Below are positions 8,859 through 18,639 of a stretch of 64,000 nucleotides of DNA, one piece after another (the first letter of the stretch is position 1; every line of letters starts with the position of its first letter). Below the pieces are notes generated by a model, which was not told where the DNA came from, did not search any database, and saw nothing but the letters and a program-made list of their open reading frames with translations. A program made the translations under genes and the position numbers. Origin of the DNA: a candidate division WWE3 bacterium (GTDB lineage Bacteria > Patescibacteriota > WWE3 > JAPLWK01); the NCBI GenBank assembly GCA_026396615.1, contig JAPLWK010000011.1, forward strand, positions 962 to 64,961. Direction: 5' to 3'.

Positions 8859-10268
8859 CTAGCTCTTTTTATTCTCTGTGATTTCCAAAGATAATTCTTT
8901 AAGTTGTTTAGGGCTAACCTCAGTTGGCGCGTCCATGACGGCTGTTTTACCGGTTGAAGTCATCGGGAAAGCAATGGCTTCTTTAAGTGAAGTTTCTCCG
9001 GCCAAAATCATGACCAAACGATCAAGACCCAAGGCAATACCACCATGCGGCGGCGTTCCTAAATCAAAAGCTTTTAACATATGACCAACGTTACCCTCTA
9101 TTTGCTCGTCGGTGTAGCCCATGATGTGATAAGTCGCCCGCAATACTTCCGATTTATAGGCGCGAAGACTTCCGCCACCAACCTCGTAGCCATTACAAAC
9201 TAAATCATATTGAGTCGTTAAGATCTCATCGATATGTTCGCCGTTCATATGCCAATCTAAGTGCGCGTCCAAGGGGCGGCTAAAAGGGTTATGGGTAAAA
9301 GTCCAGCCACTTTGACCGTCTTCAACCTCCGCTTTATCCGTCTTATTTACTTTCTTAAAAAACGGAAAGCGCACCACCCAAGCAAAAGCTAAGACGTTAT
9401 CCTTCTTCTCTTCATCAGTTCGTAAATCGAACTTATCGGCTCCGTATTTAGCAATCGCGTCACTGTAGTTAATAACCGGAAACGGATCGGTTTGTAGTTT
9501 TCCGCCGACAGAAGTGATAGCTTTTTTAACAATGTCCTCGATAGTATTACGAACGTCTTCCTCGGCCACGAAACTCATTTCTAAATCTAGTTGCGTAAAT
9601 TCGTAGCCGCGATCGGCCCGTAAATCCTCGTCACGAATACACTTAGCAAATTGAAAATAGCGCTCAACACCTGCCGTCATTAAAAGTTGCTTATATTGCT
9701 GAGGACTTTGAGGTAGTGCATAAAACTTCCCAGGATTGCCACGGGAGGGCACTATAAAATTACGAGCCCCTTCTTTGGTTGGGAATGACAACAGTGGCGT
9801 TTCGACCTCAACAAAATTATGGTCATAAAGACCGTCACGTAAAGCTCGCGTTAAGTTTGACCGCAGTATTAATATCTTATGCATTCGCTCGCGGCGAAGA
9901 TCTAAATAACGATACTTAAGTCGCACCTCTTCGTGCAATTCACTACCGTCAGTGTCTAAAGGAATAGGCAGTTCAGAGGCTTTGTTGAGAATTTGATAAG
10001 ATGTAACCTCCAGTTCAATTTTACCTAAAGCGATATTGGGATTAATCATCCGTTCACCACGTAATTTGACTAGTCCAACGATTTCCACGACCGATTCCGT
10101 TGAGAGTTCTGACATTTTACCAACCCCAACACACTGAATCTTCCCGGTAGTATCACGTAAATCAACAAAAGTAATTTTACCGTGATCCCGTTTAGAATCT
10201 ACCCAACCGAGTAATTTAATTTCTTGACCAACTTTCGATTCTGTTTCGTTAACCATTGTTCTTTCCAT
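8859..10268 (-). CDS. aspS: aspartate--tRNA ligase (short archaeal/eukaryal-type form)
   Basis: Class II aaRS motifs are present: FVEVETPLLSFPTKEGARNFIVPSR, ALPQSPQQYKQLLM, FTQLDLEMSF, GGGSLRAY, GLDRLVMIL. The ORF track extends to 10307; I judged the MERTMVNETESK start more likely. Confidence 0.85.
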   Translation of the reverse strand: MERTMVNETESKVGQEIKLLGWVDSKRDHGKITFVDLRDTTGKIQCVGVGKMSELSTESVVEIVGLVKLRGERMINPNIALGKIELEVTSYQILNKASELPIPLDTDGSELHEEVRLKYRYLDLRRERMHKILILRSNLTRALRDGLYDHNFVEVETPLLSFPTKEGARNFIVPSRGNPGKFYALPQSPQQYKQLLMTAGVERYFQFAKCIRDEDLRADRGYEFTQLDLEMSFVAEEDVRNTIEDIVKKAITSVGGKLQTDPFPVINYSDAIAKYGADKFDLRTDEEKKDNVLAFAWVVRFPFFKKVNKTDKAEVEDGQSGWTFTHNPFSRPLDAHLDWHMNGEHIDEILTTQYDLVCNGYEVGGGSLRAYKSEVLRATYHIMGYTDEQIEGNVGHMLKAFDLGTPPHGGIALGLDRLVMILAGETSLKEAIAFPMTSTGKTAVMDAPTEVSPKQLKELSLEITENKKS

Positions 10269-10299
10269 AGCATAGGTAATATAGCAAAAAGGCGTTCTG

Positions 10300-10878
10300 G
10301 TGTACACTATTTACGTGATTGCTTTCATTGATGAATCAGGTACCAATAAACAAGATGGGCACTCAACAATGGCAGTGGTGTATGTAGAAGTAATAAACAA
10401 AGAAATATTTGAAAAGGAGTTTTCAATAATTCTTAAGGAGTTGAATATACAGGAATTTCACTGGGCAGATCAAGGTTGGAAAGTTCGACGAAAGTTTATT
10501 GAGAGGGTTATCAATTTAAATTTCTTTTTTAAAGTGGCTGTGTTTACAAATCCATCGAATCCTGGAAAGATGCTGGAAATTGTTTTTCAACATTTAATTG
10601 TCGAGGAAAATATCCACTTTATATTTATTGATGGTAAAAAACCACGACGATATGAAAACGAATTAAAAAGAGTCTTACGATCCAAGGGTATAACTGTCAA
10701 AAAGTTGCGAACTGTTCGAAGTGAGACTGGCTATTTTGGTGTTCAGTTGGCCGACGCTCTTGCTGGACTAATTCGGTATTTTGAAGATAACCCAAAAGCA
10801 GAAGATGCTAAAGATCTTATACTTAAAGTACAAAGATCTAAAAGAATTTTTGCCAAATATATCTTTTCAGGACAATAA
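10300..10878 (+). CDS. DUF3800-family protein
   Basis: The N-terminal IAFIDESG motif is typical of DUF3800 (RNase H-like fold, function unknown). Confidence 0.45.
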   Translation: MYTIYVIAFIDESGTNKQDGHSTMAVVYVEVINKEIFEKEFSIILKELNIQEFHWADQGWKVRRKFIERVINLNFFFKVAVFTNPSNPGKMLEIVFQHLIVEENIHFIFIDGKKPRRYENELKRVLRSKGITVKKLRTVRSETGYFGVQLADALAGLIRYFEDNPKAEDAKDLILKVQRSKRIFAKYIFSGQ

Positions 10879-11025
10879 AAAAGCCCCGCAAATGCGAGGC
10901 CAGTTGGTCCGACTAGACTCCTACCAACTGGCAGGAGACTTTCCCACACGGGGATTTGTCACCGGTAACTTGTTATAGGGGTATAATACCATATAAATAT
11001 ATTCAAAGCGAATAATACAATATTT

Positions 11026-12699
11026 ATGAACCTAAAAGATTTAATATTTAAAAACGTTCTAGACGCTGTTAACGCACTTTATGGCGACGCCGTTACTCTG
11101 GTGTTACCAAAGCTTGACGTGACCTATCCCCCAAATTCTGACTTTGGCGACTACGCTTGCAATGCGCCCTTAATTATTGGTAAAGAACTTCACAAAAATC
11201 CGATGCAAATCGCTACAGAAATTATCGCTAAACTTCCTAAAGACAACAAAATCGCCAGCGTCACCGCGGCCTCCCCCGGCTTTCTCAATTTCAAAATAGC
11301 AAAAGGGACAACCCAGGCCGTTGTTAATCAAGTCATCAAGGACGGCAGCGACTACGGAACGTTGACCCCAGAAAAGCCTTTAAAGATTCAAGTAGAATTC
11401 GTGTCTGCCAACCCGACCGGACCGCTTCACATCGGCAACTTTCGAGGGGGACCACTTGGTGACAGTCTCGCTAGTGTTTTACAAAAAGCGGGGCACCAGG
11501 TTGAGCGTGAGTATTATCACAACGATTTAGGCAACCAAGTCAAAAAATTGGGGGAATCGATTGTTTACCGAATTAACGAGATCCAAGGAAAACCCACCGG
11601 CGAATTTCCGGAGGGTGGTTATAAAGGAGAATATGTAACAGATTTAGCTAAAAAAGTCATCGAAAATCATACCTCGCCTACCCCCCATACAACCCCTACC
11701 ACCCTTACGGATCCAATCGAGCTTGGTAAATACGCCGTAGATTATTTCCGCGACCAAGCTTTGGAACTTTGCCGAACCGCCGATATCCACTTCGATAACG
11801 TAACAGCAGAGTCAGATGCGATTGATAAAGGCTGGACCAAAAAATCACTGGAGCAACTCCAAAAAGGCGGTTATCTAAAAGTCGCTGACGGCGCCACCTG
11901 GTTCGCCCCCTCCGACAGCTTTCTTGAAGACCGCGAGTGCGTGGTTATTAAATCGAGCGGCGACTACGATTATTTTAGCAACGACATTGGCTATCACCAA
12001 AACAAATTCGAACGGGGCTTCGATAAAGTCATCAATGTGTGGGGTGCTAACCACCACGGCCACATTCCTCGCATGAAGGCTGCCATGGAGGCCTTAGGAA
12101 TTGACCCGAATAGACTTGAGGTTCTGCTCTATCAATGGGTAACACTCATTAGAAATGGCGAAAAGATTGGGATGAGTAAACGAGCCGGCAACTTCGTTTT
12201 AGCCAAAGACGTTCTGGCCGAAATTGGCAGTGATGCTTTACGGTTTACGTTTTTAACCAGAGATGCATCAACGCCGCTTGAATTTGATGTTGAACTGGTT
12301 AAAAAGAAAGCTCGAGAAAATCCGGTTTACTACGCTCAATATGCCCACGCCCGGATGATGAGTATTTTAGGAAAGTCCGATGCTCCTGTTGTAGAAACCT
12401 CAAAGGTGGAGTTGCTGACGACTCAGGAAGAACTGAATATTTTAAAACATCTGAATAAATTTTCGGAATTAATCGCCGAAATCGCAGTGACCTATGGAGT
12501 TCATCAACTCACTAACTATGCACTAACACTGGCTGACTTGTTTCACAAATTCTACGAAACCAGCCCCGTCCTCGCTGCCCGCAACGCAGACATAACCAAA
12601 GACCTTTCCGAAGCCAGAATTGCTTTAGTCAAAGCCACCCAAACCGTCCTCAAGGAAACCCTGCGCCTCCTCGGCGTCTCCGCCCCAGATCATATGTGA
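11026..12699 (+). CDS. argS: arginine--tRNA ligase
   Basis: SANPTGPLHIGN (class I HIGH region as in ArgRS) and a C-terminal DALRFTFL (DALR anticodon-binding domain). It carries a low-complexity insert, HTSPTPHTTPTTLTDP. Confidence 0.9.
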   Translation: MNLKDLIFKNVLDAVNALYGDAVTLVLPKLDVTYPPNSDFGDYACNAPLIIGKELHKNPMQIATEIIAKLPKDNKIASVTAASPGFLNFKIAKGTTQAVVNQVIKDGSDYGTLTPEKPLKIQVEFVSANPTGPLHIGNFRGGPLGDSLASVLQKAGHQVEREYYHNDLGNQVKKLGESIVYRINEIQGKPTGEFPEGGYKGEYVTDLAKKVIENHTSPTPHTTPTTLTDPIELGKYAVDYFRDQALELCRTADIHFDNVTAESDAIDKGWTKKSLEQLQKGGYLKVADGATWFAPSDSFLEDRECVVIKSSGDYDYFSNDIGYHQNKFERGFDKVINVWGANHHGHIPRMKAAMEALGIDPNRLEVLLYQWVTLIRNGEKIGMSKRAGNFVLAKDVLAEIGSDALRFTFLTRDASTPLEFDVELVKKKARENPVYYAQYAHARMMSILGKSDAPVVETSKVELLTTQEELNILKHLNKFSELIAEIAVTYGVHQLTNYALTLADLFHKFYETSPVLAARNADITKDLSEARIALVKATQTVLKETLRLLGVSAPDHM

Positions 12700-12710
12700 A
12701 ACACAAACTA

Positions 12711-12739
12711 GTCATTCCGGGCCTGACCCGGAATCCAGT
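12711..12739 (+). repeat. family-1 hairpin repeat (single copy, stem variant GCCTGAC)
   Basis: GTCATTCCGGGCCTGACCCGGAATCCAGT, 12 nt after the argS stop. Confidence 0.85.
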
Positions 12740-12771
12740 AACTCCAATCCAAAAATAATTGTAGAGACGCA

Positions 12772-12917
12772 ACATGAGCCAAAGGCTCCCCTTTGGGGTT
12801 GTGTCTCGAGCTTCGTGACGCCTCAATCGGTCGAGGACGACGCATGCGTCGTCCCTACATGATCTAAAGGAGGCCTCCCCCTCAACATTGTAGGGACGGG
12901 GCATGCCCCGTCCTCGG
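12772..12917. repeat. cluster of GC-rich hairpins: CCAAAGGCTCCCCTTTGGGG motif plus family-2 inverted pair (12832..12861 and 12890..12917)
   Basis: CGAGGACGACGCATGCGTCGTCCCTACATG is the reverse-orientation unit with stem ACGACG/CGTCGT. GTAGGGACGGGGCATGCCCCGTCCTCGG is the forward unit. Confidence 0.8.
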
Positions 12918-12950
12918 TGATAACGAGCAAATGATATAATCTTTGTAGTT

Positions 12951-13334
12951 ATGCACAGGGAACCACCAGAAATAATTAAGCAAGTTGGTTTTGATTTTCA
13001 TTGGGAAGAAAGTAAAGTCTGGGCCCTGGACTTACCAATTGAGGAAATACCAATCTCAGAATTAGAGTGGCATTTTGATGTCCCATTTTGGTTTATGCCG
13101 GGTGGTTATTACGATTTAAAACCTAGAGATGTTATTAACAATAAAATCCTGTACGAAAAAGAATACGAAAGAACCATGAACTCAGATCTTAAATATCCAT
13201 TAGACATAATGCTGTGGAAAGGAAGGTGGCTGTTGCTAGATGGTCTACATCGTTTAGTTAAGGCTTATATTTTGGGGCGGAAAACAATAAAGGTCAGAAA
13301 AGTTCCAACCAGCGCAATCCCATTAATCTCCTGA
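12951..13334 (+). CDS. ParB/sulfiredoxin-fold domain protein
   Basis: The 127-aa ORF contains ...KGRWLLLDGLHRLVKAYILGRKTIKV, which resembles the DGHHR-type motif of ParB-like nuclease/Srx domains. Confidence 0.4.
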   Translation: MHREPPEIIKQVGFDFHWEESKVWALDLPIEEIPISELEWHFDVPFWFMPGGYYDLKPRDVINNKILYEKEYERTMNSDLKYPLDIMLWKGRWLLLDGLHRLVKAYILGRKTIKVRKVPTSAIPLIS

Positions 13335-13366
13335 AGTCACACTGGTGTGCGCCATAAATGTCGCCA

Positions 13367-15061
13367 CTACAGATGGATCGCCACGTTTTTAATATCCTTA
13401 ACAATCAACTCGAGCGACCTTCTCCCCTGCCATTCGTTCTTCGACAGCGTGTAAGCGACGTCGACTTTGGCTCCAGGCTTAAGCTCAGCCTCCGTCTCCC
13501 CCATTCCAAAACCGACAGCTCGAAATGAAGAGTTATTTGACCGCAGCATAAGGCTCAGATGTTTGTTAGTTGAACCCATTCTTCGGACGTCGACAACGGT
13601 GACGCCATTAGAGCAGAAGACTGGTTCAGGATTACCAAGTCCAAAAGGTTCGAACTGGCTGACAAGGTCATAAAGTTCCCAGGCAACAACGTCCAAAGGC
13701 AGACACAAGTCGACCTTTAAATCAGGGGTTAATAATTCTTCGGTTAAAATCTCTTTCGAATAAGCCTGCAACGCCTGCTCAAACTCCGGCAGGTTGCTAG
13801 TTTTTATAGTAAAACCGGCCGCGGCGGGATGTCCCCCAACGTTTTCTAACAAGTGTGAGGCGCTGCGTAAAGCTTCGACAATATTAAAGCCAGTGATAGA
13901 CCGAGCGGAACCTTTAGAAAACTCTTCACCAATCGAAACGACGACCGTTGGACGATGATATTTTTGGCAGAGCTTTCCAGCCACCAGCCCAATAACTCCT
14001 TCGTGATAACTCGAATCACCAGCGACGATGACCGCAGAATCAGCTTTTTCGACCAGCAAATTTTCGGCGTGCGATAGCATTTCGGCCGTTTTGGCCTGCC
14101 TCAAATTATTCACTTCTGACAACTTCAAAGCCAGGTCATGAGCTTCAGTTTCATTAGTAGTACAAAGTAACCGCAGGCTGTCCAAAGCTGTCTCTAGTCG
14201 ACCTGAAGCGTTTAGGCGGGGCCCCAGGGCCCACCCAACCTCATAAACACCCAAGTTTTTACCTCGAAGCCCTGCGACCTCCCGAAGCGCTTGCAGGCCT
14301 ATTCTAGAAGACTTATTTAGCATCACTAGGCCTTTTTTGACGAGCGATCGGTTTAGACCAGTCAAAGGCTGCAAATCAGCAATCGTCGCTAACGTGGCCA
14401 AATCAAGCCCCGTTGACCCGGGCAACAATGCTTGAGCTAAAAAGTAAGCGAGCCCTCCAGCGCACAGCTTTTCCGACCATAAAAATTGGCACTCCGGCAA
14501 CTCATTTTCCGGTTTTTGGTGATGATCTATTACTAAAACTTTGAACCCAAGCTCTGTGGCTTCTTCCACTGATTTTACTGCGGTAATACCGCAATCAACC
14601 GTGATTAGCAAACCTAATTTACCTTGAGCCTGTCGAAGGGTTCCCCCTAAACTTTCGGCTAATTTACCACACGCCACAACAGAACTACTACTAAGACCGT
14701 ATCCGTCTTCAAACCGATTCGGTATATACGGCCGGCAGTTTTTATATCGCAAGCCACGATAAATCGTCTCCCATAAAATCGCCGTCGCACTAATCCCGTC
14801 AACATCATAGTCACCGTGAATAATTATTGGCAGATTACTAGAAATTGCTTCTTTGATAAGAGCTAATGCGGCTGAAAGATCATTGGGCGACAGAACAGAT
14901 AAAACATCCAACTCCACATCCGTTAAATCCGCAAAAAAATCCGTGGAAATCCTTAGGTCGTCGAGACCCCGATTTTTAAGCAGGGCCTCTTTGATGTCAG
15001 CTAAGCTTGATGAAGAGCAACTATTTAGAACGCGCCAATTTTTGGCGGGTAAGGATTTCAT
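13367..15061 (-). CDS. recJ: single-stranded-DNA-specific exonuclease RecJ
   Basis: DHH motifs (IIHGDYDVDGISATAIL; VLVIDHHQ) and a DHHA1-like C-terminal half. It overlaps the secF 3' end by 41 nt. Confidence 0.85.
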   Translation of the reverse strand: MKSLPAKNWRVLNSCSSSSLADIKEALLKNRGLDDLRISTDFFADLTDVELDVLSVLSPNDLSAALALIKEAISSNLPIIIHGDYDVDGISATAILWETIYRGLRYKNCRPYIPNRFEDGYGLSSSSVVACGKLAESLGGTLRQAQGKLGLLITVDCGITAVKSVEEATELGFKVLVIDHHQKPENELPECQFLWSEKLCAGGLAYFLAQALLPGSTGLDLATLATIADLQPLTGLNRSLVKKGLVMLNKSSRIGLQALREVAGLRGKNLGVYEVGWALGPRLNASGRLETALDSLRLLCTTNETEAHDLALKLSEVNNLRQAKTAEMLSHAENLLVEKADSAVIVAGDSSYHEGVIGLVAGKLCQKYHRPTVVVSIGEEFSKGSARSITGFNIVEALRSASHLLENVGGHPAAAGFTIKTSNLPEFEQALQAYSKEILTEELLTPDLKVDLCLPLDVVAWELYDLVSQFEPFGLGNPEPVFCSNGVTVVDVRRMGSTNKHLSLMLRSNNSSFRAVGFGMGETEAELKPGAKVDVAYTLSKNEWQGRRSLELIVKDIKNVAIHL

Positions 15062-15911
15062 GCCAAATTACTAAAATCGGAGAAGCGGTAAACATGGATG
15101 AGTAGGTCCCGGAAATAGTGCCAACTAAAAGTGCAATCGCAAAAACCCGAATCGTGTCTCCCCCAAGAATGACGAGCGCCAGAAGCATGAAGATAATAGT
15201 TAAAGAATTGTTGAGTGATCGTACCGAAGTTTCGTTAAGCGCAGTGTTAACAAGTTCTGGTAAAGATTTCCCAGGCATCACCCGAGTCAGTTCCCGAATT
15301 CGGTCGTAAACAACCACCGTGTCATGCGTTGAGAACGACAAAATAGTGAGGACTGCCGTGACATAAAGAGTATCGACTTGAATCCCGAAGAAATGGCCAA
15401 GTATGGAAAATACTCCTAGGATGACTAGGGTATCGTGCAACATGGCTGCGATCGCCGCCACCCCAAAGAGCCGATCATGGAAACGGTAAACAATGTAAGC
15501 CATGATCAGGAAGGCCGCGAGAATTATAGCGGCTGCGGTCTTGGTGATTAGCTCTTGACCAAGGAGTGGGCCGATGGTTTCAAAGCTAACGTCGGTGACC
15601 GCTCCGAATTTCGCCGTCAGCTCTTTGGTAATCGACGTCTTTCGTTCTTCGGTTAGTGGCTTGAGCTTAAGTGACAAGTCATCAGGCTTGACGACCGTCA
15701 AAGACACTAATTCCCCAGTCTTACTATCGTCAAAGTATTTCTTGACTTCAGTAGAAGCGACAGTTTTAGAAAACTTTAATTCCCAGACCGTGCCGCCGGT
15801 AAAATCAATCGCCGGCTTGAGTCCCCAAAGCACCAATGAGATAAGACCGGGCACGATGACAATTCCAGAGATAATAAAATATAAATATTTATATTTAAGA
15901 AAGTTAATCAT
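15021..15911 (-). CDS. secF: protein translocase subunit SecF
   Basis: 296-aa six-TM protein directly downstream of secD. It has the conserved SecF-type periplasmic loop and an RND-like TM bundle. Confidence 0.85.
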   Translation of the reverse strand: MINFLKYKYLYFIISGIVIVPGLISLVLWGLKPAIDFTGGTVWELKFSKTVASTEVKKYFDDSKTGELVSLTVVKPDDLSLKLKPLTEERKTSITKELTAKFGAVTDVSFETIGPLLGQELITKTAAAIILAAFLIMAYIVYRFHDRLFGVAAIAAMLHDTLVILGVFSILGHFFGIQVDTLYVTAVLTILSFSTHDTVVVYDRIRELTRVMPGKSLPELVNTALNETSVRSLNNSLTIIFMLLALVILGGDTIRVFAIALLVGTISGTYSSMFTASPILVIWHEILTRQKLARSK

Positions 15912-15915
15912 AAAT

Positions 15916-17235
15916 CTATCGATAAAATAATCGCACTAAAGTCCGTGTCACCACAATTCCGGTAAACAATGATATCGCAATTCCCAAGGCTAACGTTAAT
16001 GCGAAACCACGAACGAGACCGGAGACGTTTAAGAAAGACCAGTTAAAAGGATTAAAAAGCACAAAACAAGTGATCAAAGTACAAACGTTAGCATCGCGAA
16101 TACTTTCCCAAGCCCGCTTAAAACCAAGTTCCAGGGATAAAATACGAGGGCGACCCATCCGTCGTTCCTCTTTAATGCGTTCGAAGATTAAAATGTTGGC
16201 GTCAACCGCCATCCCAATTGATAGTAGAAAACCGGCGACACCGGCCAGAGTTAAAGTCACAGGAACTAATTTGTAGACGGCGAGCGAAATGACACCATAA
16301 ATAATCAAAGCTACATCCGCCAATATTCCTAATTTCCCATAGTTCCCTATCATGAAAATGCCAACGATGAGCAAACCAACAAGACCGGCGAAAATGCTTT
16401 TTTGGACGGAGTCCGTGCCCAAGGTTGCAGAGACCTGCTTCTGGGAAATCAAAGAAATCGGTACCGGCAAAGCCCCGGCTGAGAGTTGAATTGCTAAGCT
16501 TTTAGCTTGATCGACTGTGAACTTGCCGTTAATAACTGCTTGCCCACCGCTGATTTCCTGATTCACATTGGGGGCGCTAACGAGCTGATCATCTAGATAA
16601 ATCGCTAGCGGCTTCCCAACATTTCTTTTAGTAATTTCTTGAAATTTGGTGGCACCGGTATCAGTAAAAACTATTGAGACTTCCGGTTCATTGGTATCCG
16701 GCGCGAATGCTAGAGCCGCTGATTTAAGTTCTTTGCCAGTTAAGCCCGTTGGCACCATTTGGGCCGACTCCGAAGCGCCTTGTAGCTCTCTAAAATCCAA
16801 TACAGCCGTCTTCCCTATTAACTTAAGGGCTTCATCAACATTAGAAAGTCCCGGTAGTTCTACAGTGATCCGTGACTCTGACCCAACGTGTGAAGTCTGA
16901 ACTAACGGTTCAGAAACTCCGAAGAAGTTAACCCGCCTATCGATAACAGCTTTGACGGCATCCAGAGCCGTTGCTTGATCTGATTGCGTAATACCAGTCA
17001 TATCCGCCTTGTAAACGATTTGGACACCTCCCGACAAATCCAAACCTTTTTTAATTTTTAAATCGCGGATGAAGCCTGGCAAGTTTATAGCGTAGCCACC
17101 AATTGACGTGTTTATATTTATAGGACCGTAAGCGAACTTAAGTGGAATTTTGGGAAGATCCACGAGCAGCGCTGCCGCGCTTGTCGCGACAATAAAAAGC
17201 AAGGTCCAAGAATAACGACTCATTCTAAATTTCAT
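15916..17235 (-). CDS. secD: protein translocase subunit SecD
   Basis: 439 aa with an N-terminal TM, a large periplasmic domain and a C-terminal six-TM bundle (…FLLSIGMAVDANILIFERIKEE…). Confidence 0.85.
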   Translation of the reverse strand: MKFRMSRYSWTLLFIVATSAAALLVDLPKIPLKFAYGPININTSIGGYAINLPGFIRDLKIKKGLDLSGGVQIVYKADMTGITQSDQATALDAVKAVIDRRVNFFGVSEPLVQTSHVGSESRITVELPGLSNVDEALKLIGKTAVLDFRELQGASESAQMVPTGLTGKELKSAALAFAPDTNEPEVSIVFTDTGATKFQEITKRNVGKPLAIYLDDQLVSAPNVNQEISGGQAVINGKFTVDQAKSLAIQLSAGALPVPISLISQKQVSATLGTDSVQKSIFAGLVGLLIVGIFMIGNYGKLGILADVALIIYGVISLAVYKLVPVTLTLAGVAGFLLSIGMAVDANILIFERIKEERRMGRPRILSLELGFKRAWESIRDANVCTLITCFVLFNPFNWSFLNVSGLVRGFALTLALGIAISLFTGIVVTRTLVRLFYR

Positions 17236-17244
17236 ATTTGAGAA

Positions 17245-17829
17245 TCACTTGAAGAAACTGCAATATTTTTCTTCGTCTCCACATAATATCACACGGGCTT
17301 GTCCAAGCGCCCCTACTAAAAGAGGGTCGTGACGAGTTTTTTGAAAGCCAAATTCATCCTCAGAAAGAGCCATAAAATTAATTTCTTTACCCAAAAAAGC
17401 CTCCTCTTTTTTAACCAGTGATTCCAGGGCTTGCTGGTTTAAATTGCCCACTACCATTAAATCAACTTGATTACGCGAAGATGCTCTACCCTTTATAAAT
17501 TCCAGTGATAACATCGCGAATTTAATATTTCCTAAACTTTCTCGATTTTTAAGAATTTCTCCGCCCAAGCCATATTCACAAGAAAAAAGTTTAATTAACG
17601 GATTTAAATAATAAAAACCGGGGTTAGTTTCGTAATAAAGTCGATTACCACTGTGCCTTTTTTTAAGCATTCCGGCATCGGATAAGTGCATTAATTCTCG
17701 ACGGACGGCGTTGATTTCGGTCCCCACCATACGGCCTAAATCTCGAATGTGAAAGGAAGCCTTGGGAGTTAATAAAAATTTAGCCAATATTTCTCGCCGA
17801 ATTTTAGAGGTAATAAAAACTTCCAACAT
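17245..17829 (-). CDS. putative winged-helix transcriptional regulator
   Basis: The N-terminal ~70 aa resemble a wHTH (…HIRDLGRMVGTEINAVRRELMHLSDAGML…). The C-terminal half is unassigned. Confidence 0.35.
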   Translation of the reverse strand: MLEVFITSKIRREILAKFLLTPKASFHIRDLGRMVGTEINAVRRELMHLSDAGMLKKRHSGNRLYYETNPGFYYLNPLIKLFSCEYGLGGEILKNRESLGNIKFAMLSLEFIKGRASSRNQVDLMVVGNLNQQALESLVKKEEAFLGKEINFMALSEDEFGFQKTRHDPLLVGALGQARVILCGDEEKYCSFFK

Positions 17830-17831
17830 AA

Positions 17832-18029
17832 TTAACTTGCGAGAGGACTAATAATATCTTTAGGCGCTACACTTAAAGCCCCACTTTGATAAATAAAATA
17901 GCCACCAACAACTATTACGATTAAAGCTACAACTACTAGCCAAAACCAGAGTCGTTTATAAACCGGCGGCGTTTCCTCTTCAAAGAAAATTGAGGTCACT
18001 TTCGTTTTTGGATCTAAGGAATCACTCAC
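17832..18029 (-). CDS. small membrane protein
   Basis: 65 aa with one strongly hydrophobic helix (LWFWLVVVALIVIVVGGYFIY). Confidence 0.3.
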   Translation of the reverse strand: MSDSLDPKTKVTSIFFEEETPPVYKRLWFWLVVVALIVIVVGGYFIYQSGALSVAPKDIISPLAS

Positions 18030-18130
18030 ACTTGTAATTTACTCGTTAATATTAGTTTTGTCACTAGGTAAAGTTATAAGAGAGTTTTAGAGTACCGATT
18101 GTCTTCATTAATGATGTGGTAGAATAAGTT

Positions 18131-18451
18131 ATGCCTCAAAAGACAGATGCCGGTAAATTAAAAAGAGAAAATGAAATCTTGCGGGCCGAAATTAACGCTC
18201 TCCGCAGCTCCGTGCGACCAAACTCAAACAATACTTTTTCGTCCTCTATTTCTAAAACTGGTCAAGTATCCAAAGAGCTGAAGTCCGATCTTCGAAATGA
18301 CACTTTAGTCTTAGACTTTAAATATTTACGCAGTGATCTTACTCGCACGATGATTTTAACAAGCCTAGCGACCATCGCCGTCATTGCGCTCTCTATCTTT
18401 GAACCTAAAACTCCCTTTATCCACCAATTAATAAGCTCAATAAATATTTAA
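18131..18451 (+). CDS. hypothetical coiled-coil protein with C-terminal TM helix
   Basis: 106-aa ORF with coiled-coil-like heptads at the N-terminus and a hydrophobic tail. Confidence 0.3.
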   Translation: MPQKTDAGKLKRENEILRAEINALRSSVRPNSNNTFSSSISKTGQVSKELKSDLRNDTLVLDFKYLRSDLTRTMILTSLATIAVIALSIFEPKTPFIHQLISSINI

Positions 18452-18460
18452 CATCAACTT

Positions 18461-18589
18461 GTCATTCCGGGCTTGACCCGGAATCCAGTCACCCCAAAAT
18501 GAATTCTAATTACCAATTTTTGATCAAAATCGGTTTAAAAATTAAAAATTTAAATCTGTTACTGGATTCTGAATCAAGTTCAGAATGAC
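18461..18589. repeat. family-1 hairpin repeat, inverted pair (18461..18489 and 18561..18589) flanking 71 nt of AT-rich spacer
   Basis: GTCATTCCGGGCTTGACCCGGAATCCAGT ... ACTGGATTCTGAATCAAGTTCAGAATGAC. The second unit is the reverse complement of a stem variant. Confidence 0.85.
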
Positions 18590-18639
18590 GGATTGGTTGA
18601 CCCTTGCTACTTTCTATTTCATGTTCCATACTTATATAG

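Noticed and set aside
10879-11025. T-box leader upstream of argS
   Set aside because: Stem-loops are present, but I could not find the conserved T-box sequence (AATTAGGGTGGTACCGCG-like) or a specifier-loop arrangement. I left it as an unclassified structured region.
12650-12904. 84-aa minus-strand ORF downstream of argS
   Set aside because: It is composed of translated GC-rich hairpin repeats (families 1 and 2). Not coding.
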